The position numbers and the translations under genes are program-made. Under the pieces are notes generated by a model. It was not told the origin of the DNA. It made no database searches and saw only the letters and a list, made by a program, of their open reading frames with translations. Shown piece after piece: positions 50,256-63,844 of a stretch of 64,000 nt of DNA; position 1 is the first letter of the stretch, and each line of letters begins with the position of its first letter. Source of the stretch: Nemertoderma westbladi (taxonomy: Eukaryota; Animalia; Xenacoelomorpha). The DNA lies in contig JAUCBJ010009041.1 of assembly GCA_032718475.1 (NCBI GenBank), positions 62,001-126,000 of the forward strand. Direction: 5' to 3'.

Positions 50256-51403
50256 ACTGTGACTGTGTCTGTGTCTGTGACTGTGTCTGTGTCTGGGTGT
50301 GTGTGTGTGTGTGTGTGTGTGTGTCTGTGTCTGTGTGTGTGTACGTGTCTGTGTCTGTGTCTGTGACTGTGTCTGTGTCTGTGTCTGGGTACGTGTCTGT
50401 GTCTGTGACTGTGTCTGTGTCTGTGTCTGGGGGTGTGTGTGCGTGTGTGTGTGTGTCTGTGTCTGTGTCTGTGTCTGTGTCTGTGACTGTGTCTGTGTCT
50501 GTGTCTGTGTACGTGTCTGTGACTGTGTCTGTGTCTGTGTCTGTGTCTGGGTACGTGTCTGTGTCTGTGACTGTGTCTGTGTACGTGTCTGTGTCTGTGA
50601 CTGTGTCTGTGTCTGTGACTGTGTCTGTGTCTGTGTCTGGGTACGTGTCTGTGTCTGTGACTGTGTCTGTGTCTGGGGGTGTGTGTGTGTGTGTGTGTGT
50701 GTCTGTGTCTGTGTCTGTGTCTGTGTACGTGTCTGTGTCTGTGACTGTGTCTGTGTCTGTGACTGTGTCTGTGTCTGTGTCTGGGTACGTGTCTGTGTCT
50801 GTGACTGTGTCTGTGTCTGGGGGTGTGTGTGTGTGTGTGTGTGTGTCTGTGTCTGTGTCTGTGTCTGTGTCTGTGTACGTGTCTGTGTCTGTGACTGTGT
50901 CTGTGTCTGTGACTGTGTCTGTGTCTGTGTCTGGGTACGTGTCTGTGTCTGTGACTGTGTCTGTGTCTGTGTCTGGGGGTGTGTGTGTGTGTGTGTGTGT
51001 GTCTGTGTCTGTGTCTGTGTGTGTGACTGTGTCTGTGTCTGTGTCTGTGTACGTGTCTGTGACTGTGTCTGTGTCTGTGTCTGGGTACGTGTCTGTGTCT
51101 GTGACTGTGTCTGTGTCTGGGGGTGTGTGTGTGTGTGTGTGTGTGTCTGTGTCTGTGTCTGTGACTGTGTCTGTGTCTGTGTCTGTGTCTGTGTACGTGT
51201 CTGTGACTGTGTCTGTGTCTGGGGGTGTGTGTGTGTGTGTGTGTGTGTCTGTGTCTGTGTCTGTGTCTGTGTCTGTGTCTGTGTGTGTCTGTGTGTGTCT
51301 GTGTCTGTGTCTGTGTCTGTGTCTGTGACTGTGTCTGTGTCTGTGTCTGTGTCTGTGTCTGTGACTGTGTCTGTGTCTGTGTCTGTGTCTGTGACTGTGT
51401 CTG
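50256..51403. repeat. Compound (GTGTCT)n/(GT)n microsatellite with ~110-150-bp higher-order block
   Basis: Hexamer variants gtgact, gtacgt, gggtac and ggggt(gt)n recur in a fixed order. Confidence 0.97.
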
Positions 51404-52424
51404 GTAAACTTTGTTAGTATCAATCCGGTCCTTCCCAACTTCCAAACGATCAGCTGATGTGATGATACATTTTTTATTTTACTTTAGAAATTGCCCCAAG
51501 AAATGGACATAAAAATGGGTAAGTTGACAGCACGCTATTCCTCTGAGGATTAATTTCGTTCCTGGGCCGGTAAAACAATAAAAACTCTAAGTGAACTACA
51601 AAATATGGGTTGCAAAAACTATGACATAATTTAATTAAAGAAAGCGTTTAATTATACATTGTATAATAAGTAAGGTAGTGTCTACATTTTGAGTCAATAG
51701 AGTCGAAACAGAGACTTGTCCCGGATCTCTGGAATCTCCGTGCAATTTATTGGTCTCTAAACACCTACATACATTTTACCTAGAGATCAGTGATTTATTC
51801 CAATTTTTTAATAATATATTATCTTGTACAACATCATAATATTCAAAGTTAAATTTACTATATTAAATAATTTGCTAATTTTTAACTATTTATAATATTC
51901 TGCTTCAGCAAAATTCTTTACTTTTACATAATTACTGTATTATTAAAGCACCTTGTTGTCGGCTATATACTGTATTACGTTGACCAAATGAAGAGAACGA
52001 GCGTAACGAAGTTTCTAATGAGGGAGTGTACTACAACTGTGCATGACGTAAATGACCAACATTTATACATATAGGCCACTATAGGGTAATAGGGATGGAT
52101 GGATCTACATGTGGTATTTTGTTCAATTGGGTAAGTTTGAATAGGTTGGAATTACATGTCCGTATGTAGGCCTACGTACCTATTTGTATTTATAATCAAT
52201 TGTAATGGCAAAAACCAGCAAAGTCTCTGGTCTCTGGTATTTAAAAAAAAAATATTATCTAAATTAATTATTGAAAAATATGTCTCTGTTTCAATTCTAG
52301 TCACTACGTTACGATAAATAAGTTAGGGTTACTAATAATTAATATAAATCCAAACAAATATATATTAATGTTCAATAAAATATATAGTTTTGAAAGTTAA
52401 ATTTTCTTTTGGTTTAAGTTCGTA

Positions 52425-54882
52425 CTAGTCAAAGTGCCTAGGAATATGACCGGCATCCAAATTAACTGCGTTCGACCATGCAGGATTCATACTGCCGTCT
52501 AATTCTCCAGTAGGTCTGTTACCATCAGCCAATCGATAACTACTTCCACCAATTGTACTTTTGCAATCAGGACAAATCCCTTCTTGATTTGCTCCTCCAC
52601 ACTCACCAATAGCATAATAATGGCCGTTGGGGCATTTGAACCAATGACCTTTGGGCAAATTCATTGCCTTTACTATATCCTTCTTTTCATTCTCACTCAG
52701 AGAAGTTCCCGTTAAATAAGGGTATTTCTTGAGAAGGATTTTAAGGTAATCTTGATGGGTCGCAAGTTGAGATTCTTCTATAGGTTGACGGGAAAGTAAA
52801 AGAACCTTTATATTTACTACTTTTGTCATTTCTTCGCTGGTCAATTTCGATTTTATATTATCCATAGACGATACCACGAGTAAGGTAATAAAATAGAGAC
52901 GCAATCGAGCGATGCAGAGTTGAAAATCCGAGTAAAACTGAGGCGTTATTTTACACGATGAAGAAAGTAGAGAATTCGACAGCAAAATCATATCGGGAAG
53001 AAATCCAATCTTTATGATAGAAGTCGGGGTTAAATTGGAAACGGATCCATTAGAACTAAGAGTAGAAATCTCAAGTATTAGCTCTACTAGCTTGCCAATT
53101 AACTGGAAATAATGCAGTTGATATGTCAAAGATAATATGTCTCTCCCATACACGAATGCTTTTGTGGCATCTTTGCATCTATAGGAAATTTTACTTAAAG
53201 AAGGTGTTAGACCACATTTTTCCAAGAAAATACTTTTAAGGGTTGATTGAATACCCTTTCTGCCACTGCCATCCTCCACAGGAAACAGCTTCTTGTTGGC
53301 ATTCTTAATGCTGTTTGTAACATCAACAATTTTTCCTTTAATTTCCAGCAACTCTTTCTCCGATCCAATAAGCTTACTCTTAATAGCATTCACATCTGAC
53401 ATCACCTGTTTGATTTTGTTCGAATAACGAGGACATTTTTGTATCGGAGTTTTGCATGAAGGACATTCCTTAAACTTAATAGCCACCTTTCCTTCATCAT
53501 CTTCCATTGATGTAGACATCCACTGGTCTAAAGAATTTGTCTCTATTGGGTGACCACAATCCAGCAAAACAAATGTAGCACCCTCGTCATCTTCGGTTCC
53601 AAAAATAAACGGAAATTTATCCTTTGAACATTTGTAGCAGGGAGGGCACTGTAAGCCACACAACCCAACGCATTGGTGGTAACATGTTAACATTTTATCA
53701 CAACGTTTTTGGCATTGTTCTCTGTCACACAATTCATGGCAAAGCTTTTCGCACTTGCCAATGTGCCGGCATTTCAATGGACATGGTTCACAACAAGGGA
53801 TGCATGGATCCATACACAACTTTTTGCATTTACTATGCATGCATTGAGTCTTGCAAGGCATCTTACAAGGAGGGCACTCTGAAGCACAGTTATCTTTACA
53901 GCTGTGTCCACAAATAAGGATACGACCACATTTTGATGTACAAAGCGCATGCAGCTTCCCCTGTATACATTTACTACATGTTCCACTACAAGAATGTCCA
54001 CAGCTAAGAGACACACGACAGGGTTCTTGGCACTGAACTTGCCCGTTATCTTTGTGACATTCTATAGTATTAGTATGGCCACAGCTCAATGTGCCTGTAA
54101 CATTTTCACAACATTTTGCTCTTCTACAGGGCTCAAAACAGGGTAGTTTACAGCTGTGCCCACACCCAAGTTTCTTTCCACAAACAGCTTGACATTGAAC
54201 ATTGCGAATATTCGCACCGCATTGAACTATAAGTGTGTGGTTACAATTTTGGCTCTTAACTTCTAAAAGCTCATCACAGTAACATTGCTGGAAGCACCTC
54301 CTTTTACATGGATGATTCCCACTGCATTTATTAGAACAAGGTTTCTTACATTCATATAACTCATGGTTTACATCAGTTGAATGACAAGCTTTGTCGCATC
54401 TGTGTCCGCAATCTAATCTGAAATCACACGGCTTTGTACAGCCACCTTCTGGGCTATATTGCGCGAATTTATAACAATCACTGATTAGCTGAGATGTTGC
54501 TGGGTGATTGTGACATTGGATCGTGACACCGGGACCAATGCAATCCTTGTCACGAACATCAGCTATTATCTTTTTCCATAAATCACTTTGACTATAAAGT
54601 TTGAAATTCCCGATGCAAAAGAATCCGTACTTAGCGCGACTTAAAGCAACACAAGTCCGGTTTGGTGACGCTATAAATCCCATTTTATTCTGAGGTGAGC
54701 TACGGACTAAGCTTAAAATGATGATATCATTTTCTTCTCCTTGAAAGTTATCAACAGCTGTGCAACGAATACCACTAAATATCGGGTCATTCTTCAGAAA
54801 CTTCTTGATTTCTAACAGTTGGCCAGTGTATGTCGTCAACAGAGTAATGTTGTTCGTCGTATAATTCTGCTTCAGTAAGTAT
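52425..54882 (-). CDS. ZNFX1: ZNFX1 terminal exon: end of SF1 helicase, NFX1-type Zn fingers, RING-like region, C-terminal RZ finger
   Basis: ITLLTTYTGQ, VDNFQGEENDIIILSLVRS, RTCVALSRAK (UPF1-like helicase motifs); many CGH/CxxxC repeats; GHWFKCPNGHYYAIGECGG...CPDC..IGG; acceptor attttcag at 54883. Confidence 0.95.
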
Positions 54883-55340
54883 CTGAAAATAAATTACATT
54901 TCGAAAGTTACGTAACATAAAATATACAATGTAGCAGTTTGTGACAAAGGAAATTATAATTAAGAAATGATAATTAGAACTGTTTTAGAGCTCCGGCTAT
55001 TGAAAACTAATAGTAGTAATATTAAATAATATTATTGCTCAATGTATGTGGGACGAGTTATAGAGTCGTTGTTCATATGGCCGTTGGGGTGGGGATGTGT
55101 GCGTGGGTTAGAAGCCATAATGTTTGTCATAATGTGCCTTCTGACTCAGATACAGACATGCGGCAATTTGCAGAGCGGGGGCGGCCCCTGTATGATTGTA
55201 GCTGTTCATTGGTGGATTGCAGTTCTGACCAGACTTCTTCAAAGCAAAGTGCAGTATAGTGGGAAAATTGAAGAGTTTTCAACAAAGAAAACAGAAAAAC
55301 AGACATCTGGCTGTTATTATTATTAATCATATTATAAGCA

Positions 55341-58050
55341 GCAGCATGGTCTAGTGGTGACATTCCTTGGTTACCAATTAGGAAGTCCTGGTTCGATCCC
55401 TATATGGGGCAACACTGTTTGGGCACAGTGCTTTAAATGCTGCAACCTAGCCCAACCCTGTCTGGCTTTCATCCTTCAGTGGTCGATAAATGGGGACCAA
55501 GGCAACTTGGGAAATTGAGTGGAAGGGTTTACTGTGGAAGATCACCCATGGTGGTGAACAGGTATTCCTTTAGGAAACAGAGTGGAAGGGTTTACTGTGG
55601 AAGATAACCCATGGTGGTGAACAGGCATTCCTTTGGGAAACAGAGTGGAAGGGTTTACTGTGGAAGATCACCCGTGGTGGTGAAAAGGCATTCCTTTAGG
55701 AAACAGAGTGGAAGGGTTTACTGTGGAAGATCAACCATGGTGGTGAACAGGCATTCCTTTAGGAAACAGAGTGGAAGGGTTTACTGTGGAAGATCGACCA
55801 TGGTGGTGGAGAGGCATTCCTTTAGGAAACAGAGTGGAAGGGTTTACTGTGGAGGATCACCCATGGTGGTGAACAGGCATTCCTTTAGAAAACAGAGTGG
55901 AAGGGTTTACTGTGGAAGATCACCCATGGTGGTGAACAGGCATTCCTTTAGGAAACAGAGTGGAAGGGTTTACTGTGTAAGATCACCCATGGTTGTAAAC
56001 AGACATTCCTTTAGGAAACAGAGTGGAAGGGTTTACTGTGGAAGATCACCCATGGTGGTGAACAGGCATTCCTTTAGGAAACAGAGTGGAAGGGTTTACT
56101 GTGGAAGATCACCCATGGTGGTAAACAGACATTCCTTTAGGAAACAGAGTGGAAAGGTTTACTGTGGAAAATCACCCATGGTGGTGAACAGGCATTCCTT
56201 TAGGAAACAGAGTGGTAGGGTTTACTGTGGAAGATCACCCATGGTGGTGAACAGGCATTCCTTTAGGAAACAGAGTGAAAGGGTTTACTGTGGAAGATCA
56301 CCCATGGTGTCGAACAGGCATTCCTTTAGGAAACAGAGTTGAAGGGTTATTGTGGAAGATCACCCATGGTGGTGAACAGGCATTCCTTTAGGAAACAGAG
56401 TGGAAGGGTTTACTGTGGAAGATCACCCATGGTGGTGAACAGGCATTCCTTTAGGAAACAGAGTGGAAGGGTTTACTGTGGAAGATCACCCATGGTGGTG
56501 AACAGGCATTCCTTTAGGAAACAGAGTGGAAGTGTTTACTGTGGAAGATCACCCATGGTGGTGAACAGGCATTCCTTTAGGAAACAGAGTGGAAGGGTTT
56601 ACTGTGGAAGATCACCCATGGTGGTGAACAGGCATTAATTTAGGAAACAGAGTGGATTGGTTTACTGTGGAAGATCACCCATGGTGGTGAACAGGCATTC
56701 CATTAGGAAACAGAGTTGAAGGGTTTACTGTGGAAGATCACCCATGGTGGTGAACAGGCATTCCTTTAGGAAACAGAGTGGAAGGGTTTACTGTGGAAGA
56801 TCACCCATGGTGGTGAACAGGCATTCATTTAGGAAACAGAGTGGATTGGTTTACTGTGGAAGATCACCCATGGTGGTGAACAGGCATTCCTTTAGGAAAC
56901 AAAGTTGAAGGGTTTACTGTGGAAGATCACCCATGGTGGTAAACAGACATTCCTTTAGGAAACAGAGTGGAATGGTTTACTGTGGAAGATCACCCATGGT
57001 GGTGAACAGGCATTCCTTTAGGAAACAGAGTGGAGGGGTTTACTGTGGAAGATCACCCATGGTGGTGAACAGGCATTCCTTTAGGAAACAGAGTGGAAGG
57101 GTTTACTGTGGAAGATCACCCATGGTGGTGAACAGGCATTCCTTTAGGAAACAGAGTGGAATGGTTTACTGTGGAAGATCACCCATGGTGGTGAACAGGC
57201 ATTCATTTAGGAAACAGAGTGGATTGGTTTACTGTGGAAGATCACCCATGGTGGTGAACAGGTATTCCATTAGGAAACAGAGTTGAAGGGTTTACTGTGG
57301 AAGAAGACCCATGGTGGTGAACAGGCATTCCTTTAGGAAACAGAGTGGATTGGTTTACTGTGGAAGATCACCCATGGTGGTGAACAGGCATTCATTTAGG
57401 AAACAGAGTGGATTGGTTTACTGTGGAAGATCACCCAGTGGTGGTGAACAGGTCATTCCTTTAGGAAACAGAGTGGAAGGGTTTACTGTGGAAGATCACC
57501 CATGGTGGTGAACAGGCATTCCTTTAGGAAACAGAGTGGATGGGTTTACTGTGGAAGACCACCCATGGTGGTGAACAGGCATTCCTTTAGGAAACAGAGT
57601 TGAAGGGTTTACTGTGGAAGATCACCCATGGTGGGTGGTGAACAGTCATTCCTTTAGGAAACAGAGTGGGAGGGTTTACTGTTGAAGATCACCCATGGTG
57701 GTGAACAGACATTCCTTTAGGAAACAGAGTAGATGGGTTTACTGTGGAAGATCACCCATGGTGGTGAACAGGCATTCCTTTAGGAAACAGAGTTGAAGGG
57801 TTTACTGTGGACGATCACCCATGGTGGTAAACAGACATTCCTTTAGGAGACAGAGTGGAAGAGTTTACTGTGGAAGATCTCCCGTGGTGGTGAACGGGAA
57901 TTCCTTTAGGAAACAGGGTGGAAGGGTTTACTGTGGAAGATCTCCCATGGTGATGAACAGGCATTCTCCTTTAGGAGACAGAGTGGAAGGGTTTTCTGTA
58001 GAAGATCTCCCATGGTGGTGAACAGGCATTCCTTGGCTTAACGAGCCTAA
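55341..58050 (+). mobile_element. tRNA-derived SINE whose 3' region is amplified into a 63-bp tandem array
   Basis: A box TGGTCTAGTGG, B box GGTTCGATCC, central ctttcatccttcagtggtcgataaatg (resembles the Nin/Deu core), then the array. Confidence 0.75.
55510..58032. repeat. 63-bp tandem array, ~40 copies
   Basis: Unit ggaaacagagtggaagggtttactgtggaagatcacccatggtggtgaacaggcattccttta. Confidence 0.98.
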
Positions 58051-58724
58051 AAGATTTTTCCATTCATTATTATTAATCTTCAGCATGTATGAAGCCAGCA
58101 CAGCATTCTTAAAAATGCAGCTGCAATGCAGCATGCCGATCGTAGTAGTAGTAGTATGGTGGAGCTGTGGGCAGCCCATGACTTTCTTGAGACGCTTCTT
58201 ATAGGACATCTACTTTGAAGAAGCGGATAATCTTGTGAATGTCATGGGTGATAGAGAGTTCTGGCGGAGCAATTTTGTTGTTAAACTTGAATAGCAATAC
58301 ATTAAACTCTTAATGTAGCTGCAAAGCAGCTTGGCGATTATCGTTACTTTAGACAGATAAATTCTCCCTAACATATTATTACCTATAATTTATTATTGGT
58401 GTTATGGGTGAAGGGTGAATGAGTGGTTTCATATTATTATAACTTTTTGTTGGGCACAGCTTTTGCAAAGTCGGCGATGACGTCCAGGTGGGATCAATTA
58501 TAGGTAATAGTTAGAGTAAAATCTAACAGTAGCTATAATCGCTATGCTGCTTTGCAACTACATTAAGAATGCTACTAGAACTCTCTATCACCCATGATAT
58601 TCACAAGATTATTCGCATCTTCAAAGTAGATGTCCTATAAGAAGCGTCTCAAGAAAGTCATGGGCTGCCCACAGCTCAACCATTCATACATGCTGAAGAT
58701 TAATAATAATGAATGGGAGAATCT

Positions 58725-59173
58725 TTTAGGCTCGTTAAGCCAAGGAATGCCTGTTCACCACCATGGGAGATCTTTCACAGTAAACCCTTCCACTCTGTTT
58801 CCTAAAGGAATGCCTGTTCACCACCATGGGTGATCTTCCACAGTATACCCTTCCACTCTGTTTCCTAAAGGAATGCCTGTTCACCACCATGGGTGAACTT
58901 CCACAATAAACCCTTCCACTCTGTTTCCTAAAGGAATGCCTGTTCACCACCATGGGAGAACTTCCACAGTAAACCCTTCCACTCTGTTTCCCAAGTGCAA
59001 GTTGCCTTGGTTCCCATTTTTCGACCACTGAAGGATGAAACCAGCCAGGAGGGTTGGGCTAGTCTGCAGCATTTAAAGCACTGTGCCCAAACAGTGTTGC
59101 CCCATATAGGGATCGAACCAGAGCTTCCTAATAGGTAACCAAGGCATGTCAGCACAAGACCATGATGCTGCTT
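58725..59173 (-). mobile_element. Inverted second copy of the same SINE with only ~4 repeat units
   Basis: Reverse complement of 55341-55510 (ggatcgaacc, ctgtgcccaaacagtgttgcccc) plus four 63-bp units. Confidence 0.9.
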
Positions 59174-59246
59174 ATTAAGATTAATAATAATAACAGCCAG
59201 ATGTCTGTTTTCTTTGTTGAAAAAAGAAAAGTGATACTATTATTAC

Positions 59247-59473
59247 CTGGCCAATTCAACCACGTAACGGGCCTCGAATGTATTCTTATGACTCCAGTTG
59301 TCCTGCAGTTCCTCTTCTGGCTGACGATGATCAATAAAGTACAAACTCTTCGCCACGCCTCTGACTTTGGGAAGATTGAGAACCGATTCGTGGTTCTTTA
59401 GACTCGGGTAAATGTGGTTCATTAGAGTGGCGATTTCGGGACACATTCTATGTTGTAGTTCCAAAGATTCATT
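59247..59473 (-). CDS. ZNFX1: ZNFX1 internal exon
   Basis: [12 protein letters not shown]...[10 protein letters not shown]...SHKNTFEA; ttttag acceptor and AG|gtaata donor are phase-compatible. Confidence 0.92.
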
Positions 59474-59651
59474 CTAAAATTAACAGATGAAAAATATAAT
59501 CCTCAGCATTCAGCAACCCATTCAGCCCACGTTTCTCAGAATAACCCAAATGATAATAAAATAATTTAACAAAGTTCTTAGTAGGCATACCCTTACATAA
59601 ATTAAAGTACCAGAAAATATTTTTGTTTGCATTTAAGAAAACTGGACCAAC

Positions 59652-59877
59652 CTTAAATCCATTCTTAATGAGTCTCTCAAACAAACTAATATCAAGATTA
59701 TATTCTCTCGACAACTCATATACATTAGTTGAAGGCCTCAACTGTTGATGATCCCCTATGAGTATTAGCTGTTCGCATCTTCGAGTTATAGCTGTTACTA
59801 TGTGAGCTTCTAAAACCTCGGCAGCTTCTTCTACAACTATAATTCGTGGACCAATACTATGGAGAATATCGCGGTAT
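59652..59877 (-). CDS. ZNFX1: ZNFX1 internal exon (Walker B region)
   Basis: [14 protein letters not shown]...[12 protein letters not shown]...SLFERL; GT-AG boundaries. Confidence 0.95.
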
Positions 59878-60394
59878 CTAAATATACAATTCAATTCCAG
59901 TGAGTATTTCTGAATATTACAGTTCGAGGTGGGCATTTTTTAGATTCCTCAATTTTTGAGGTTCGAGGTGGCGCTTATGTTTTAGATTTGATCTGATCGA
60001 GCTTTTGACTTTTACAGTTCTATTGACTTTAGTTTATTGTTTTGGTTAGAATAACGTGCCACTGAAACTGCTCCTCTCCCTAATTTATAATTTAGCATTA
60101 AGGAAAGATATTAATTAGAAGAGATTGGTACCGGTAGGCCTACACCATGGACATTACAGTTTTTTTGATACATTTTGTTAACATTCGGGCAAACCATTTA
60201 CATTTTAAAGCTCCATAAATAATTCCAAAGAAAGATTATATTATCATTATTTTCGTCATGATACAACAATTGCACAATAAATCTGCAGGTAGGCCTACAT
60301 GTTGTACATACAGTACTTTTTGCAAAGTTTAAGTTTTTATATAAGTTGCTTTTGTTTGCAAAGTAGACCAAGATTTTTTGCTGCAATTTCTGGC

Positions 60395-63333
60395 CATGGT
60401 TCAACATCGGCCGCCACAGGAGACAAAGTGAGCTTGTTGGGGCTGAACGCCGGCCGCCACGGGAGATAAAGTGAGCTTGCCAGGGCTGAACGCCGGCCGC
60501 CGCGGAAGACAAAGTGAGCTGGCCAGGGCTGAACGCCGGCCGCCACGGGAGACAAAGTGAGCTGGCCAGAGCTGAACGCCGGCCGCAACGGGAGACAAAG
60601 TGAGATTGCCAGGGCTGAACGCCGGCCGCCACAGGAGACAAAATGAGCTGGCTGGGGCTGAACGCCGGCCGCCATGGGAGACAAAGTGAGCTGGCCAGCG
60701 TTGAACATGGCCGCCACCAGGAGACAAAGTGAGCTGGCCAGAGCTGAACGCCGGCCGCCATGGGAAACAAAGAGATATTGCAAGGGTTGAACGCCAGCCG
60801 CCACAGGAGAATTGCAAGGGTTGAACGCCAGCCGCCACAGGAGACAAGTGAGCTAGCCATGGTTGAACGCCGGACGCCACGCGAGACAAAGTGAGATGAC
60901 CAGAGCTGAACGCCGGCAGCCACGGGAGATAAAGTGAGCTGGCCAGGGTTGAACGCCAGCTGCTACGGGAGAAAAGTGGGCTGGCCAGACCTGAACGCTG
61001 GCCGCCACGGGAGACAAAGTGACATTGCCAGGGCTGAACGCCAGCCACCACAGGAGACAAAGTGAGCTGGCCAGGGTTGAACGCCGGCCGCCACGGGAGA
61101 CAAAGTGAGATGGCCAGAGCTGAACGCCGGCCACCCCAGGAGACAAAGTGAGCTGGCCAGGGTTGAACGCCGGCAGCCACGGGAGATAAAGTGAGCTGGC
61201 CAGGGCTGAATGTCATTCGCCACAGGAGACAAAGTGAGCTGGCCAGGGCTGAACGGCCGCCACAGCAGACAAAGTGAGCTGGCCAGGGCTGAACGGTCGC
61301 CACGGGAGACAAAGTGAGCTGGCCAGGGCTGAATGGCCGCAATGGGAGACAAAGTGAGATGGCTGGGGCTGAACGCCGGCCGCCATGGGAGACAAAGTGA
61401 GCTGGCCAGAGCTGAACGCCGGGCCACCACGGGAGACAAAGTGAGCTGGCCAGGGCTGAATGGCCGCCACGGGAGACAAAGTGAGCTGGCCAGGGTTGAA
61501 CGCCGGCCGCCATGGGAGACAAAGTGAGCTGGCCAGGGCTGAACGCCGGGCCACCACGGGAGACAAAGTGAGCTGGCCAGAGCTGAACGCCGGCCACCAC
61601 GGGAGACAAAGTGAGATTGCCAGGGCTGAACGCCGGCCGCCACCGGAGACAAAATGAGCTGGCTGGGGCTGAACGCCGGCCGCCATGGGAGACAAAGTGA
61701 GCTGGCCAGGGTTGAACATCGGCCGCCACAGGAGACAAAGTGAGCTGGCTAGAGCTGAACGCCGGCCGCCATGGGAAACAAAGAGATATTGCAAGGGTTG
61801 AACGCCAGCCGCCACAGGAGACAAGTGAGCTAGCCATGGTTGAACGCCGGACGCCACGCGAGACAAAGTGAGATGACCAGAGCTGAACGCCGGCAGCCAC
61901 GGGAGATAAAGTGAGCTGGCCAGGGTTGAACGCCAGCTGCTACGGGAGACAAAGTGAGCTGGCCAGACCTGAACGCCGGCCGCCACGGGAGACAAAGTGA
62001 GATTGCCAGGGCTGAACGCCAGCCACCACAAGAGACAAAGTGAGCTGGCCAGGGTTGAACGCCGGCCGCCACGGGAGACAAAGTGAGATGGCCAGAGCTG
62101 AACGCCGGCCACCCCAGGAGACAAAGTGAGCTGGCCAGGGTTGAACGCCGGCAGCCACGGGAGATAAAGTGAGCTGGCCAGGGCTGAATGTCATTCGCCA
62201 CAGGAGACAAAGTGAGCTGGCCAGGGCTGAACGGCCGCCACAGCAGACAAAGTGAGCTGGCCAGGGCTGAACGGTCGCCACGGGAGACAAAGTGAGCTGG
62301 CCAGGGCTGAATGGCCGCAATGGGAGACAAAGTGAGATGGCTGGGGCTGAACGCCGGCCGCCATGGGAGACAAAGTGAGCTGGCCAGAGCTGAATGCCGG
62401 GCCACCACGGGAGACAAAGTGAGCTGGCCAGGGCTGAATGGCCGCCACGGGAGACAAAGTGAGCTGGCCAGGGTTGAACGCCGGCCGCCATGGGAGACAA
62501 AGTGAGCTGGCCAGAGCTGAACGCCGGGCCACCACGGGAGACAAAGTGAGCTGGCCAGAGCTGAACGCCGGCCACCACGGGAGACAAAGTGAGATTGCCA
62601 GGGCTGAACGCCGGCCGCCACAGGAGACAAAATGAGCTGGCTGGGGCTGAACGCCGGCCGCCATGGGAGACAAAGAGAGCTGGCCAGGGTTGAACATCGG
62701 CCGCCACAGGAGACAAGTGAGCTAGCCATGGTTGAACGCCGGACGCCACGCGAGACAAAGTGAGATGACCAGAGCTGAACGCCGGACGCCACGGGAGACA
62801 AAGTGACCTGGCCAGAGCTGAACAGCCGCCACAGGATATAAAGTGAGCTGGCCAGGGCTGAACGGCCGCCATGGGAGACAAAGTGAGCTGGCCAGGGCTG
62901 AGCGGCCGCCATGGGAGACAAAGTGAGCTGGCCATGGCTGAACGGCCGCCACGGGAGACAAAGAGAGCTGGCCAGGGCTGAACGGCCGCCACGGGAGACA
63001 AAGAGAGCAGACCAGGGCTGAACGGTCGACACAGGAGACAAAGTGAGATGGCCAGGGCTGAATGGCCGCCACAGGAGACAAAGTGAGCTGGCCAGGGTTG
63101 AACGGCCGCCACGGGAGACAAAGTGAGCTGGAGAGGGCTGAACGCCGGCCACCTCGGGAGACAAAATGAGCTGGTCAGGCCTGAACGGTTGCAACGGGAG
63201 GCAAAGTGACCTGGCCAGGGCTGAACGGCCGCCACAGGAAACAAAGTGAGCTGGCCAGGGCTGAACGGCCGCCACGGGAGATGGCCAGTGCTGAACGGCC
63301 ACCACGGGAGACAAAGTGAGCTGGCCAGGGTTG
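60395..63333. repeat. GC-rich ~40-43-bp minisatellite in a ZNFX1 intron, with ~978-bp higher-order duplication
   Basis: Unit gggagacaaagtgagctggccagggctgaacgccggccgccac; near-identical derived ORFs at 61333/62311 and 61460/62438 (offset 978). Confidence 0.97.
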
Positions 63334-63637
63334 TCATTCAAGATTGACTCAAAACATAGACCTGGCAAGGAGGTGCGTACCCTGGAGACGACCCCCCGCC
63401 CACGCACACCCCAGATAACATTTAAAAATAGAAACATTTTGTAAAATAGCTAAACTAACGAATACTCTTCGATATTTCTACAATACTGATCAATACTATT
63501 GTGGCATTATCATTGCAGTGAAGAAAATAAAGTGAAAAAGAAAATATAGAGAAAATATTGTAACTTATTAAAGATCTTATTTACATATTAAATATTAATT
63601 AACATTTAATAATTATTCTAGTTATTAGAAGACTCAC

Positions 63638-63802
63638 CGAGCTGCACCAGTGGTTGTCATGGCAATTATAGAAGCATTTGCCATAATTTCCTTATGTTCC
63701 TGCATTTGGACTTCTGCTTTTTGTTTCGCGAGGTTGTTATATTCGGTTTCAAGGTCTTCGAGTTTCTCAAGTTCTGGAGTTCGCAACTTTCCCAACCAAT
63801 AC
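63638..63802 (-). CDS. ZNFX1: ZNFX1 internal exon; gene continues beyond the right edge
   Basis: Manual translation YWLGKLRTPELEKLEDLETEYNNLAKQKAEVQMQEHKEIMANASIIAMTTTGAAR; ctgtag acceptor, CG|gtgagt donor in phase with the next exon. Confidence 0.9.
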
Positions 63803-63844
63803 CTACAGATTATATTAACTAAATTTATGTGTATTACTTATTAA

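Noticed and set aside
49177-51445. His/Thr/Asp/Val/Cys-rich ORFs on both strands
   Set aside because: Translations of the 14-bp minisatellite and the (GTGTCT)n microsatellite.
55341-55415. Functional tRNA gene
   Set aside because: A and B boxes are present but there is no good acceptor stem; it continues into a SINE body and is duplicated with divergence.
55611-58021. MVVNRHSFRKQSGRVYCGRSP repeat proteins
   Set aside because: The 63-bp unit is divisible by 3; intronic, antisense to ZNFX1 and interrupted by stops.
60198-63437. Several 200-535-aa minus-strand ORFs
   Set aside because: GC-rich minisatellite open in multiple frames; lies in an intron whose flanking ZNFX1 exons join in phase without it.
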